Both the position numbers and the translations under genes were made by a program. This document shows, piece by piece, positions 1 through 14,240 of a stretch of 64,000 bases of DNA. Positions within the stretch are counted from its first letter, which is position 1. The number at the start of each line of letters is the position of its first letter. The notes below the pieces were generated by a model. The model was not told the DNA's origin. It searched no databases and saw nothing but the letters and a program-made list of their open reading frames with translations. Origin of the DNA: Camelus ferus (Eukaryota); contig NC_045707.1 of NCBI RefSeq assembly GCF_009834535.1, positions 58,096,001 to 58,160,000 on the forward strand. The letters are read 5' to 3'.

Positions 1-107
1 TCTTGTGAGTCCCTTGAAAATAAAAGGGAGTCAGTTTTCATAGCCACATAATTACCCATTGGTATTAGACCAACGACTAGTAGGAAAATGTTAAAAGGAA
101 TTCTTGT

Positions 108-540
108 ACATATTAGTTAGGATTCTTTGTTTTAAGTAAGAAAAGGCCATTGGAACTAGCCTAAATAAAGTACTTCACTGTAAGATTATACAGATATCTT
201 ACAGAATCTGGACTTCCGGAATGAGTCAGAGCCAGGAAGTATATGCAACCCAAGAGGTAGTCTAAGTTTCTCATCATTGTTTCTAACAAACCCATTTTAT
301 TCTTTTTTTTTTTACATCAAACTAGATTTCTTGTTTTCCCAGTTCAGAAGGCAAAATAAAAGGCCAACAACAATTTCAGAGTTTATATTCTGGTCTAGAT
401 ATCCAGAGAGATTGATCTCCTTTTGAGTTCTAATTCCAGATTCCCAGGAAAGGGACCACTTGATCCAGCTTAGGTTATATATCATCTTAGGTCATCAGGA
501 ATAGCTGACGGAGCTGGGTCCCTTTGAACAAACATACCTA
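108..540 (-). mobile_element. Old ERVL-MaLR solo LTR (MLT1K/J-like)
   Basis: Start tattagttaggattctttg..aagtaagaaaa and segment ccagattcccaggaaaggga..gatccagcttagg resemble recalled MLT1K consensus. Confidence 0.55.
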
Positions 541-694
541 GGCTGACTGTAATTCTAACTAATGTATTCTGAGGAGATGAGGAAGACATAAAGCTTGAAT
601 TAATAAGTGAGTTCATAAAGAAGCAAATAATGATTGTATAAATAGACAGTCTATAAAAATCAAAAAACATAAACAAATGTTAAATCTTGAATCA

Positions 695-1355
695 ACAATT
701 CTCACTTTTTTGTTTCAGAATCCTCTTTATACTGTTAAAACTTGAGAACAGACTACACCAGCAAGTAGAACTGGGGAAATCTAAATAAGATAGATGGATA
801 ATGTCAGTGTCAAGGGTATCATATTACTCTATAGTTTTTGCAAAATTTTATCATTGAGAGAAACTGAGTAAAAGAATATCTCTGTATTTCTTAGAACTAC
901 ATGTGAATCTACAATTCTCTCAGGAAAATAATAATATTAAAAATTTTGTCTATTATTATTTTTGTCCATTATTATTTTAATGTAAAAAAATGAAGAACCC
1001 AAAGATTTTTTGTTTATGTTGGCTGTCTTTCAGTATTTAACAAATTAGAAAATAAAACTCAAAAAGCTTTAAAATATTTATTTATTTAAAAATAACATTA
1101 TATGCCATTGTAAATAACATTTATGAAAGATAAGTATTTTGCAAGTCAAAAAGTTTAATGAAGAGAGAGGCATTGTTTCACATTTTTAAAATTTTAATGT
1201 CTTCCTTTATGGAAGATAAATGGCTCCTCATAACTTTCTGCATCTAGTCTTTTGTTATTTCACATATATAGCTTCTGAAAAACTCTGCCATAAACTTGTG
1301 AAAGAATAAGAGTATTAACCTCACCAGACTTCTGTAAAAATTTCAGAGAACCTCT
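695..1355 (-). mobile_element. hAT-Charlie DNA transposon relic (Charlie1b-like) interrupted by an L1 3' end
   Basis: caattctcac..cagaatcctctttatactgttaaaa resumes at approx. 990 as gaagaacccaaagattttttgtttatg; same terminus as the element at 26404. Confidence 0.65.
770..945 (+). mobile_element. L1MC-type LINE-1 3' end
   Basis: gaaatctaaataagatagatgg...aactacatgtgaatctacaattctctc plus A-rich tail. Confidence 0.7.
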
Positions 1356-1356
1356 G

Positions 1357-2185
1357 AGCTAAATAAGTGAAGGCGTATACCATGTTCATGGTTTAGAAGA
1401 TTGAATATTGTAAAGAAGTTAATTCTCCACAAGCTGTTCAAAGATTTAACACAAGCCCAACCAAAATTCCAGTTGTGTGTTTAGTGTGTATGAGAGAAAT
1501 AACAAACATATATAAATGAAAAAGGCCATATATAGCCAGGTTAATCTTTAAGAATAAGAAGTTGAGAGACCTTAATTTACTCTGATGGAAAATAGATGGA
1601 ACTCAGTCAACCTGTTCATATGGAAAAAGAGTTAATCTTGACACCCTGAACTTTACACCATACACAAAAATCAATTCCAAATGGATTGTAGAGCTAAAGG
1701 TGAAATAAATAAATAATAGATATTGGGGAAGGTAACATTTGAGACTGTCTTTATAACCTTGAGGTGGGAAAAAGATGTTTAAGCAGGACACAAAAATTGT
1801 TAACCATAAAAGAAAAGACTGATTAATTGGACTACATTAAAATGAAGAATTTCTGTTCCTCAAAAGATAACATTAAGAGAAATAAGCTTCAGAATGGGAA
1901 GATATTTGTCATATACAGTTAACATAGGACTTATATTCAAGTGTGTGTGTGTTAAACTACAAATCAGTAAGAAAAAAATACAGTCAAGCATGTCACAAAA
2001 GATAATGTTTGAACGATGATAAAGGTACAAAAAGTTTTTCAATGTCATTCATCAGAAAAATGCAAATTAAGACCACAATAAGGTGTTAGTATATATCAAC
2101 CAGAATGGCTAAAATTAAAAGACTGATAATATCAAATGCTAGGAAGGATGTGGAGAAGCTAGAATTCTCATACACTAACTGGTAT
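1357..2185 (+). mobile_element. Degenerate L1M (L1ME-like) ORF2 fragment
   Basis: ataccatgttcatgg..agaagattgaatattgtaaag; tacaccatacacaaaaatcaattccaaatggattg; many stops and indels. Confidence 0.8.
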
Positions 2186-2424
2186 AAGAAATATGTAAGA
2201 TTTCAAATGAATTCAAGTACTTTAAAAATTCTCTCTCTTGCTAAGTTAGGCATGTATAATACCAATGGAAACATTTACTCTGGATTAATACACTGTGTAA
2301 AGCTAAAATTTCCCAACAGACTACTGAGGCTCCTTGTTAAACTGGTTCATTCAAAACTGTTAGAATTTATATTTATAGAGGGTATAGATTCTCTTATACT
2401 TATTAGTTGGTGATTGAACTCAGT

Positions 2425-3110
2425 ATTTCATGAATTTAAGTTGTATTTGTTGAGTGCTGTGTGTGTGCCTGGCTAGGAGCTGAGGAATACAGACAGGACT
2501 TTGCTCTCATTAATCAAATAATGTGTGCAAGTTGTGTTGAGTATTTTGAAGGAAAAGCATAAAATATTGTATATGTCGATTATATTATAGTTAAAATGAA
2601 TAATAAAATATTACAAGGGAATGAAAGGCTTTGAGAGTTTGGCTGGGATCTCTGTGGAAGTGAGGATTGAACTGTGAACTGAAGGATGAACTGGAGCTGG
2701 TAGAGGGTGAAGAGGTAGGTTCTTGCTGGTAGGAGGTTGAGGAATAGGTTCTGGCCAAAGGAAACAACATATAAAAGTCCTTCATCGGAAGGATGGAGTG
2801 AGCAGGGCTTGCTGGATGAACTAGAAGTGTGACTAAAGCACGTGGATGAGGGACGAATGGTGCCACACGAGGTATAAAGAGTTAGGTAGAGGTCAGATCT
2901 AGTAACCTGGGAAGCCCTGTTAAGACAATTTCATGCTGAGAGCTCTAGAAGTGCATTGGAGAATTTTAATTGCCTTAATGTAATCAGATTTGCATTTTTC
3001 AGAGACAACTGCTGCCTATAGAAAAGATCGGGCTATGGACGAGTAGGGAAGAGGGAGTTCTACCAGGGGACCAATTCCAGAGAATATTACAATAGTTTAG
3101 ACAAGAGATC
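2425..3110 (-). mobile_element. L2 LINE fragment
   Basis: Reverse L2 tail tatttgttgagtgc..tgtgcctggc followed by purine-rich L2 body. Confidence 0.65.
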
Positions 3111-4289
3111 TTTTCTCAGATGTGTCTTTAACAAATAAGATGTTAAAAGGCATGCTAAGGGGAAAAGAGTGTAAGAATTCTGTGGTCACTTTGAGATGAT
3201 TCATAGAACAGGGATAATCAGATTTTGCTAGAATTTTTCATAGTCTTCAAAATGTCCTGAAGGAGGTGAGTAAGGAAGGAACTGAACCTAAGTGGTCTGA
3301 AGGAGGTTTAGTTTTAGGAAATGGTGAATAGTCTGTGTAGAAAGGTTGGGAGGATGGTTGGTGGGAAGCCCAGAAGTATAGACTCAATGTATAAGTTGGT
3401 AAAGAATTTGTAACACTGGAGTGAATTAAGTGGACTGTAGGAGAATTAATATGGGTTATGGAAAGTAGCAGCTTGGAAGACATTTTAGTAGTTCAGCTCT
3501 GAAATGAAAACATTCCTTCCAGTCTTCCTTTGACTTTATTTGGGACAGTAAGTTTCCTTTTTACTGAAAGAGTTGGTTTTTGGATCAATATTTTATAATT
3601 TTTATTTTCTAGAATTATGTGCTGAAGTTACAAAGCGATTTTTATTAGAAGTTATAAGAAGTTAGGAATTGATACTTTTTTTCTGCTTTCCCTTTTCACG
3701 TCAGTAATGTTAATTTTCTTAGCCACTAGCTACATTCTGTGCTTTAATAGAATTTCATATACTTAATACTAAGTTGAGAACTTTTTAAATAATTTGAACT
3801 GTTTTCATCTTTGTACAGTGGCTAACCCTCGAAATTGGAGGGTTTTTTTAAATTTGTATGTTCTAGTAATTCATTAACTGATTTTTTTAGGAGTGAAATT
3901 CATAGTGTAATAAATAAGATCTAAGACATTTTAATTTTGTGTAACTCTTAAAAGATCAGCAAAGTAATTAATGGAGATTATATTTTGAAACATACTTTTA
4001 AGATTCATTTGAATTAGCTGTCAGTTATACCATCCAGCTCTGTTTGAGTTGCGTATTTTACATAGGCCCTTCTCTTACCCAATAAACTCCTCTCTTTACT
4101 CCCACCCAAGTGATAAATATGATTTGTTGCCAGTTTACAAAATGATTCCTCCTCTTTTTATTGTGAGAATAATACGGTATTAAGTAGAGGCCATGGTTAG
4201 GGCATAGAACTTTTGGTTTATAACAGGTTCTTATAATAAGCATGAGAATTAATAAGTCTCCATCTTCAGAGGGACCTATTTCATTGGAA

Positions 4290-4527
4290 TAATAAATAAT
4301 AAACATATAATAATGTTTAACTTTACAATAGACACAGTTTTAGGCAGTTATATTATCTCACAACAATCATGTGAGATAAATATTTTTATTCTTATTTTTT
4401 CATTATACCAGTGAAGAAAATGAGATATGGTTGTGACTACAAGGTCACAACAAAGCTTATAAATTGCACAGCTGGGAGTTAAATCTAGGCAGTTTGACTC
4501 AACATTGTTCTCTTAAACACTATGTTA
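4290..4527 (-). mobile_element. MIR SINE
   Basis: tctcacaacaatcatgtgag..gaagaaaatgag..caaggtcaca..ctaggcagtttgactc. Confidence 0.7.
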
Positions 4528-7500
4528 CAGTGTTTCTGAACTACTGGAATCACCAGAGTCTACCCCTGTCGGTATCCCGAGGAATCCCTGGGGCTACTTT
4601 AGGTCAGCAGATAGGCCAGAGCATATCTGATAGATCAGTTATTTTCTAAAGCTAAACCAGTGGGGTGTTCCAAGAAACTCCCTATATACAGCCAGGGAGC
4701 ATGAAGCTTTGCTTTTGCCAGCTGACATGCTCTTCTGTCCCAGAGCTTACTGTTTATGATTGTAGGTAAGATTAGACAAGAAATTAGGACCCTGACTGAT
4801 ATGGATATGGTTACTTTTTGAATTGTCAGTCCTCGGTTCTAAATACCTCTTACCTGAAAAATGTTAACTGAACATCTGATGACTAAAGTATAACACACAG
4901 CTAGCAGGTCGTTAGTCTTACATTAATATGTTATGCTTCCATTAAGTTCTTTAAAATGTTTGTCAGAAGACATTGTGTAAAAAGCCTTATTAAATGCTTT
5001 TGTTTCATTTTCAATTTACATATATGGAACCATATACCTGCTTTTCTGCTAGCTTCTTCTCTTGTAATAAGTCATTTTTTCCATTACTAAAAGCTTGTTT
5101 GTTTTTATTGGATAATCTGATTCCAAGTTTAGAACTTCTACGTTTTACAGGACTGTGGATGACAGGGAGATAAAAAACGAAAAGACTACAAGAAAAGCAG
5201 TTACTAGTTTCAGCAGAAAATTCAAAGGCATCTGTTTTTTTCTATTATTAACTGCTCTCTTCCTATTTTGGAATAAAAGTAAAACCAGAGCCTAGTTTAG
5301 GTATGGTGGTTATCATTGATACTTACAGTGTACTGGAAGCATTATACTCTTTGAAGAGTTGAAATAATTAAACAATGCTTTGGATCATCACCTTGTTTTA
5401 AAAAGAAGTGAATTTTTAGGAAAGATTCAACACTTTAAAATCTTACAGTGTCTTGCAGAGTAATTAACATTATTCAAAAAAAGCTTTATATAGTAAAATG
5501 AATTTATGAGTTAGTATCCTAACTGAACATTCCCAGTCCCAGAGACGTATTTATATGAAGAAATCTTCTATTCTTTCAGAAATGTACTGTAGCAAACAGT
5601 CTGATTTCTCCCTAGGCTAATAATGGTGATCACTCCATTTAGAATACTGTGAAGACTTATTGACTTACATATCATAGAGTATAGCAGTCTTCTAATTTTT
5701 TAAAGAAAATAGATTTACTGTAATACACAGTAATAAAATTAGGTTAAGGCCACCATTAATGAAAGTAGGTAATAGTAGAATGAATTTTCATCTTCCTTTG
5801 AAGGTGCTTGCTCTATTTACCAATTTCTCCTTTCATCCCCTCCCAAGGAAATATTCTATACTTTAAAATTTTCATTTTATTCTGTTTGACTTTTTTTTGA
5901 CTTAATCTTTTTATTAGTATAAGCTAAATATCTTTGGACATTCAAAATTTTTTTCCCAATTTTGACAGTCAGGTTTACATTCTTAGTAGTCTTTGAAAGC
6001 CAAACTGTGTTTATCATAAATGAAAAATCATGAGCAACGTGTTCCGGTAGAACTAAGACAGGGATTAGGACTTGTCTTAATATTCTCTTAGGTTAATTGG
6101 GAAATTTATCAAAAGACATTTTACTTCTCTTTTTTATCTTTTTCACAAGAGCTGTCTTCTAGAAGGTGGCTGCACTCCTCCCATCTGCCTCTCTCTTTTA
6201 CTAATATACATACCTTAGAGAGCTTGGGTGAGAAGAGCCAGAGAATTATTATAACCTATATTTATGTATTAATGAAGTACATTTTAAACTTTAATTATGC
6301 ATAAATAAAAATAAACTTAGACAATTCATGAAGTATAATCAATCTTATATACAATAAGCAATGAATAGCAAACTAACTTTTTTTTCTGTTGATATTTGCT
6401 AAATGTTCAAGTTTTTAGGTTTTTTTCTTTTTAATTGTTACATACAAGCCCTATAGAAAACTTGGAAAATACTAAAGAATGAAAAAGAAAGAAGTGAACA
6501 AGAGAGAAAAGAAAGAAAATTAGTAGTTCCTTTACTCTATGTTAATAAATTTGTATATTTCCTTTCAGTCCCTCTACCTTGCATAGGTATGTTTCTGTGT
6601 TTATATTTTTTATATACTGTTGTACTATAGATAGTTTTTTATCCTACTTATCATATAGCTTATTTTTCTTAATTTTACCTTTGAATAATATTCATTTGGA
6701 TGTTTACAATTCTCTTAACCATTCCAATTCTGTATAGGTTTCCATTATTCATAGTTCTGTTACTCACTCATTTATTCATTCATTCAGACAGCAAATACTA
6801 TATGCTTACTCTAGCACTCATATTTTGGTAAGTATTTTAATGTGTAGGAATTTCAACGAATGTGTAGGAATTTCAGTGAAAGTAGGATGATTTCTTAAGC
6901 ATCAATTCTCAGAACTGAGTATTCTGGATCAAAATGAAGTAATATTTTAAACCACTTATTATAAGCATTACCAGATTGCTCCCAAAGGGTTGCACCAATC
7001 TAATTGCCCACTTGAAATGAAAGTCTATTTTACTCTAGCCTCAGTTGTGCTATACACATATCATCAGCCCCTTTGAGTTTAGAGATACAGATCATTTTTA
7101 GCATCTCAATATATTACAGGTAGATAGTGCAAATTTTAAAAATACATGTAATGAAGTCCTTTTCATAATTATTTCAGTGGTTTCTTCAACAGAAAATGCT
7201 TGATTCAAAATCATAATTAAAAACCATGCACAAGAATTAGGAATGAAGCAAAAACTTCATGTACAAACAAAATATGTTTAATTGGAAAGATGGTTATAAT
7301 ACCAGATAACAAATAATGAGTCAAATTTAACACTGCAAGTATAGAGAAGGTAGCTGGGAAGAACACTGGTTCTCTCTTAGGGTTAAATCTTTCCTGTGCC
7401 ATTTTTTAGCTCTCTGTTCTTATATAACCTCTCTGATCTTGTTTCCCCTTTTGTAAAATGTGGATGATGTAAGCCTATAAAATGATTACCAGAAAAGACA

Positions 7501-9519
7501 GGGAAGAAGATTTGGAATACACAGGTACTGTATGCCTCCCCTTAAGGAAAAAAGAAAAGGAAAAGAAAAACAGGTTCTAGAATAGGATATTTGAACGACT
7601 TTTCTTCACGTAGCTCCAGCACTTAACTATTGTTACCATTAGTGTATATTACTAAGCTCTAGTGGTGCTATCTTTAGATTAGTGGGCTTTTCAATTTTAT
7701 TTTGTTAGAATATTTACACAGAAATTTGTAGAATGGCCTGTAAAAAATTGTTTGACAGCTTTTAAGTATACCAAGCAGAAATACAATAGCTGGACTAACA
7801 GCATGAATAGAATTAGTGAAGAAAGGTTATTTTGGTAACATGGCAGCTGGAAGAAAGATTAGCCAAGCCATCTGTGAACTGAATTACACTATAATGTGTT
7901 AAAGTGGATTTTCAAACATGAATTTTGCTATTTTAGGTTTTGAAAATGTTTTTGTATTTGTATTTGAACTTAACTTTTGTGTAGTCTTGATATTCACTTT
8001 AAGGCAAGTGAAGATGCTTCAGTGTGTCTGAAAAAATTAAACAGTAGTTCTTTTCTCACCTTGCTTTCTGCTTTACTTCTAGGCCACACTTGTTTGGCCC
8101 TTGTAAGCACCTAGAGCTATTTACTTTTCAAAAAAACTGAACATGAAGCAAGTGAAATCTGCAGATATTTTCAAGTTTATTAAACAGAAATTGCTTTATA
8201 AAATGTTGTATTGTAGTGTGGTGTAAGTGTTGTAGAACTTCTCCCACTGGAGTCCTGTCCTCTTCAGAGTCTATTAAGTAAGGATAATAATGTTCTGCAG
8301 CAGGGTTCTGGGAGGATGAAATTAGGTGGTATATGTGGAAGTACCGAGCACAGCCTTTCCTACCAGCAAGGAAAGGGAGCTAGTATTTGAGTAAACTGCT
8401 CTGTTTCAGACCTTTTATTAGGTGTTGGAGCACAAATAGAAAATACTTACCTTTGAGTTTGTATCTATTTGGGGTACAGAATGAATGTATCTGATATCAC
8501 TTTAGTCATTTAGAACATTTTCTCTGTTTAATTAAGCACTACATATAAATGGTACCATTTTATTATAGTTCAACAGAATTGGAAGGAAAAGGGAAAAACT
8601 TTTACATAAAGGTAATTACTTTCCTGTTTGTACGTGATACACACCATCAGGTTTTCAGGGGGGAGAAAGTCTAATGTGGTTAGAGGTGGGGTACAGTTAC
8701 TGAGTAGAGGTGAAAGTGCGTCAGCTGGACAGTGATAGATGTGTAGTGTGGTTTTACAGGCATTCTTTTGAAGAGCTGTGAATTCATGATTGTAATTATA
8801 TTTACCTTCATTTTCTTAAAAGAATTTATTGTAATAAGCAAAAAGGATAAAATATAGCTATATGCATAATACTAGAAAGCAAGAAATGGACTTAAATTAT
8901 CAAGATCCACATTGTAGTATTTAGAATAATACAAAAATTTAAGTTCTGCTTGATTGGCATTTTGGTAGAGCCAGTTAAAAATGACTTTATAAGGTTAACA
9001 GCATGGATACAAGAGTTTCCAGAAAAAGAGTAAGTTATTTTGAAAGTTTTTTCTCTCTGAAAACCATCTTTTTCGTATCGGGTAAATAAATACTTGTTGA
9101 ACTGAATTTTATAATTTTAGAGTGACAATCTCATACTGGTTTTTTTTTTTTTTTCCAATTTGAGAATCAAAGATTTCAGAAACCTAACATTTGCTAAAAA
9201 AGTTGGATCAATTGTGAGAAATAGGTGAAATGCTAAATGTATAAAAATGATATATAAAATGCAACAATAAAAAGGCAGAAGAGAAAATGTCAAATTTTCA
9301 CCTTAAACATTGGTATTGATATTATCAGTAACAGTTGAAGCTCAAAGGAAATGGTGCTTTTTGTTAGAGAACACTTATAGACTTGAAATTCAAATCTGCT
9401 TTCAATTTTATATCTCTCTTAAAGGAATTGTCAGGTGTATAAAGTAGTTGATACTCTATCCAAGTTGAACAAAGTTGTTAGGGAATAAGATCCTAAATCC
9501 TTAACACGACCTATTAGAA

Positions 9520-9865
9520 TCAGCTGACTTTTGTAGTTTGTCCATATTCTAGCTACACTTCCTTCAGACCCTTAAATCTCAAAGCTCTTTCATACCTCCA
9601 TCCCCTGTATAATTTTCCTTTGCCTGGGTCAATCTCTCCACCTCTTGGCTAACTCCTATTCGTTAAACTTTGTGACTTCCCTTCGCTGACTCTGTCGTAC
9701 TCTCCTCAAACCTGTCTTTCCCTGTTAGCAGCTTGTTCCTTCATACCTCTTCTCTTAGGGTGTAATTATACATTTATATGTTTGTTTATTTATCTACTGG
9801 TGAAGCCCAAGCATTTTATAGTACCTGGCTCATGGTGAAGTCTCAATAAATAATTGTTGAATGAT
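9520..9865 (+). mobile_element. L2 3' end
   Basis: Ends gtacctggctcatggtgaagtctcaataaataattgttgaatga. Confidence 0.6.
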
Positions 9866-11599
9866 AAAATTTTAAAATTCACTAGCTTCTCTTTGGATAT
9901 AAATCCAATTTTTACTTTGCTTCTTCCCTTTTTTACTTTTATTCTTTTTTTGTCAGATTTGGATAGTAAATAACTGTTAATATTACTGCTTGATAATATT
10001 TACCTTTAAGAAATCTATGCAAATGTCCTACACGTGTTTTTGGTTTTTTTGGTAACAGCTTCAAAAAGTGAGGAGCAAGTTAAAGCAAGCTTACTTTTTT
10101 TCCTCTTTAAGAGAAATGAAAACATATGGTCACACAAAAACCCGTATACAAATTTTATAGTGGTTTTATAATCGTTAAAAACTGGAAACAAATATCCTTC
10201 AGCTGTCATGTCTAGAACCCAGATGTCCTTTAGTAACTATGGTAAACCTCCTGAAGATGATCAAGTTGTTCTAGAGAAAGCTGACTCTGGAGCATGATTA
10301 CTAGTGAGTTTTTTCCTTCCGAGATGACCTGTTTTTCTGGCTCATGTGATTAGATAGCTCAAGCAATTACTTCTGCCAAGAAGCTTTCCTCACTTGTTCT
10401 GATCTAGAGCCCTCTTGTGTGTTGTCCTTGAACTCTTGCGTATTTTTATAACAGTTCTATAATTGTTTATTTACTTGACTATTTCTTCCACTAAAATACA
10501 AGTTCCTTAATTTTGTGTTTGTAGCCCTGGCACCTAACATAGTACATAGAATACTGATTGCTAGATAGTCAGGAAATGGTATGAAGAATTCTTTTCACAT
10601 TGATCGATTTCAAAGACTTCATCTTAGGGCTTTGAATAGAAGTGGACATTTGGAAACTGCTCTCCCTATTTTATTTGGTGAATAGATAAAACAGGCTGAG
10701 TGGTTAAATTAAGGTTTTTAGTAGGTGGACAATCCTTCTATACTGTGGAACAGTTTCACTGATTGCCAGCTTGATTTGGTACATCTGCACAGGCTGTTCA
10801 GGAGCCACCTTCTTTCTGTAAAATTCAGTATGTATGCTTCCTGGAGTTGTATATTTTAAGTTAAAGAAAATTGTCGTTCCAGATTGTGTGAAGATACACT
10901 TTGGAAAATGTTTTAAAATCCCAGGCAGAAGCTTAAATCTGTATCTGAAAGGATATGTTCCTGGGTATTATGGCTTAAAGCTGTTGAAACTGTAGCTATA
11001 AGAAGCTTTGTTGTTCATTATTTTAAGTTCACTGCCATTAATTGAAAGGCACATTTGTAGAAACACATGTGTATTCAACAAATATTTGTGTGCCTATTAT
11101 GTGGTAGGCACTATTCTAGACACTATGACACATCAATGAACAAAGTAGACAAAAATTCCCTTACTTGTGGAGTTTTCATGGAGCTTACATTGTATTTCTG
11201 TATGTTTCATATACATGTGTCTAGATATGACACTCTTGTAGGAGAAACAGCATAATAAATGGTTTTAAGGTTGTTTCCTATTTTAGCAGAGGACTACAAT
11301 AAAACTGGAGGATAGCTACCAACCCTTGATTGTCTGTAGCTCCATTTCACAGATGTGCCTTTTGGATTTTTTTCTCCATTGCTTATCCAGAACAGGAAGG
11401 ACAAATACATTTTAATAAGCCATTCAATTAAACTGATATGTATTGTCTCAGCATGTGCAAAGCACTCTGTTATAAACATTGTAGGGGGAGAAAGGGCTAA
11501 CACAACTTACAACTTCAAGAAGTGTGCATATAACCAGTACCATGCAGGATAAGATGAAAGGTGCAAACACGATACCAGTTACATTTAGAAAAGGGGGGT

Positions 11600-11985
11600 G
11601 TTACACCAGTCAGTGACTAAATTAAAAAAAAAATCATCAAAAGTTGGTGAGAATGCGGAGATGGAAATTAGTACAGTTACCTTGGGAAAATGTTCATGAG
11701 TTTCTTATAAAAGTAAACATACACCTGCCCAGAAATTCTAATGTTTACCAAGGGAAATGAAAAGTTATATTGTAAAAAGACTAATACCAGAATGTTCGTA
11801 GCAGCGTTATTCTTAATAGTTGAAAACTGGGAACAGCCCAGGTATTCATCAGTAGAGCAGTGGATAAATTATGATACAGCCGTACAAGGGAATCATCACT
11901 TGGCAATAAAAAGGATAAACCACTGATATCTAAGCTACATGAATGAATCTCATAAACATTTTCCTTAACGAAGCCTTTCATATAA
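11600..11985 (+). mobile_element. L1ME-type 3' fragment
   Basis: gaatgttcgtagcagcgttattcttaatag..aaactgggaacagccc; atgaatgaatctcataaacat. Confidence 0.75.
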
Positions 11986-14240
11986 TAAGGATCTCAACAA
12001 GAACGTCTAGATTCTTGCGTTTTCATTGTGAAGATAATCTAAAATTTACGAGCATGGGTAGCTAGAAAGACAGGTAGACAGATGACTGTTTCACAACTGA
12101 CTACTCCTTCTTAGTTTCAGTTGCATAAGTTTGCAATTGTGGTGGAGTTGATGCCAAATATAACAGATTTAACTGTCAGAGACAAGTGAGGAATGACCAG
12201 GATGGATTTAGTGAAAATGTCACGTTTGCAATTGGCTGGGAGTAAATTTCTAGCCAGATGACATCACAGACCCCCTTACAAACTAAAGAAAAAATGGTGA
12301 AAAAATTTATAAATATGTTTAGATTTGTATATGTTCTAAGGCATGAATAAAGGCCTAAGTTTATGTTAGTAGCTATTTAAATAACTTAATAAAAGTAGTA
12401 TCAGTCAATTTTAGGAAAGTTTGTGGAATTTTTTTTTCCTTTTAGACGGATCCCTTTTTATTACTCATATTTGAGAAATATTGTACAGAATAAATGTAGT
12501 CTTAGCCTGGTTTATCTGGCCAGCCACAGCCTCCTTCTCTCATCTCTGCTTAATTCTCCCTAATCATCCCTTCTTGCACTTTATGATGCTTCAGCAATAC
12601 CAAAAGCTCTCTATCTATACTCTGTTCCCCACGTTTTAGAAAAATTGTTTTAGCCTTCAGTTTCATTGTTCTTAAAGACACATACTCCTAGAAGCCCTGA
12701 TTCTTCCCTAGACTATTCCTGTCTTCTGAGTTCTTACAAAACAGGGACTTGCCATATTAAAGATCATCTTATTTCCTCCTATTTGACTCCCCAATAAGAT
12801 CATATATTTCATAACAGATCTGTATCAATCATGATTCATCTTTGTATGACCAGCATATTGTACCCAATAAATGATAGATGTTCAATAGTGATTGAAAAGA
12901 TCTGAATTGTGTGTCGGTGCTGGTAAGGGGTATTAAATTTTAAGTCCAGAAATTGGTTTTGATCTTCTGAAAGATATTTTCTGAAAGAAGAAATGTATTA
13001 CTGTGACTGAAAAAAAAGAGCTTTTGGGGTTTACTTTCATGTCTTATTTATATAATCTGTTCTCTTTTTAACATGAAATAGCTTTATCAGAAAAGACTCC
13101 CATTTGTATCAGGCATGACTGTTCCACTGAGCTTTACACGTTCCTAAGTTTTGTGAAGTGAAGTACTGTCTTTTTTGTTGTTGTTCTTGAATTCTTGAAA
13201 ATTAAATCACTAAGTAAGTTATCAGGATACCTTATTATTCTAAAGACATGAGTGTGCAAAGTTTGTAAATAAAATATAAATAATATAAAAGTGAATTGTT
13301 TTCTCAGGATCTCTGCTCATTTTCTTAGGGTCACCACTATTTTTTCCAGGAGCTCTGAATTGCTCGGTATAGTTGCATCACATGACCTCTTCTTAATCAC
13401 TCCTGTGCAAAGAAAACATTGCCAATAACATACATTAGTTCCTCTTTTTTTCAGCAGTTGTGAGTTTTGACATTACTTGGTTATAGGTAGCCCTCTACAT
13501 TTTACAGGGCATAATTTCTCTAATCATTTTTTTCTCATATTGGAAACTTTATGACCTTAAAAATAGCTGGAAAATAAGCATTACTCATAAAACTGGAACA
13601 GATGTTGCAGAATCCACACACTTAAGCACAAGTACTTTAATTTACGTAGAAGTACTCACATAGTTTCTGTGTACTCTTTATTTTAGGCTCAAATTTTTTT
13701 AATGTTTAGCAATTAAGAGTTACAAATTAAAATGAAGATAGGAAGCTATCAGGTAGTTTTAAAAGGTGACAGATGGAAGCAAGAAAGAAGGCAGAAATCC
13801 TATTAAAAGCAAACGATTCCCAAAAAGCATGCCAAGTATCATTTTAGCTGTACACTACTGGCTGCAGGGACATTGTTACATAACATCGAGTTTAATAGTT
13901 GATATCATAATGAGTTAAAAGAGAAAAATAAAATTACATCTTTTGATACTTGTTTAAAATGACGAGGAATGTGTAACAGACTTTAGGAAGATTTCCAATG
14001 AAAGTTGTTTGTTTTTTAAGGAATTTTCTGTGATGTGTATAAACTTTTTATATATTTTAACTTTGAATTTGATCATGTTTTGCAGGAACACTTGTGATTA
14101 TCTGCAAGAATATATTTAAGTGAAACTAGAATAAAAAAATAAGAACTCTTTCGTGGTAGTTTAGTACCTGTGTTTTGTGTATTTTGAGGTTAGTAGCTTT
14201 GACTGTTGCCTAGGCATTTCTATCCATGGGAATCCCAAAG

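Noticed and set aside
1357..2185. Possible active LINE-1 reverse transcriptase
   Set aside because: Truncated fragment with many stops and indels
5262..5271. Other perfect CArG 10-mers (5262-5271, 61839-61848, 62623-62632)
   Set aside because: Count is close to chance expectation; one abuts an L1 and one is simply the exon 6 acceptor
6839..6878. 20-bp tandem duplication aatgtgtaggaatttca..g x2
   Set aside because: Only two adjacent copies with no spacers; ordinary slippage, not a CRISPR-like array
8629..8645. HRE/E-box-like motifs (tacgtg here; cacgtg near 16057 and 60808)
   Set aside because: Single hexamers with no supporting context
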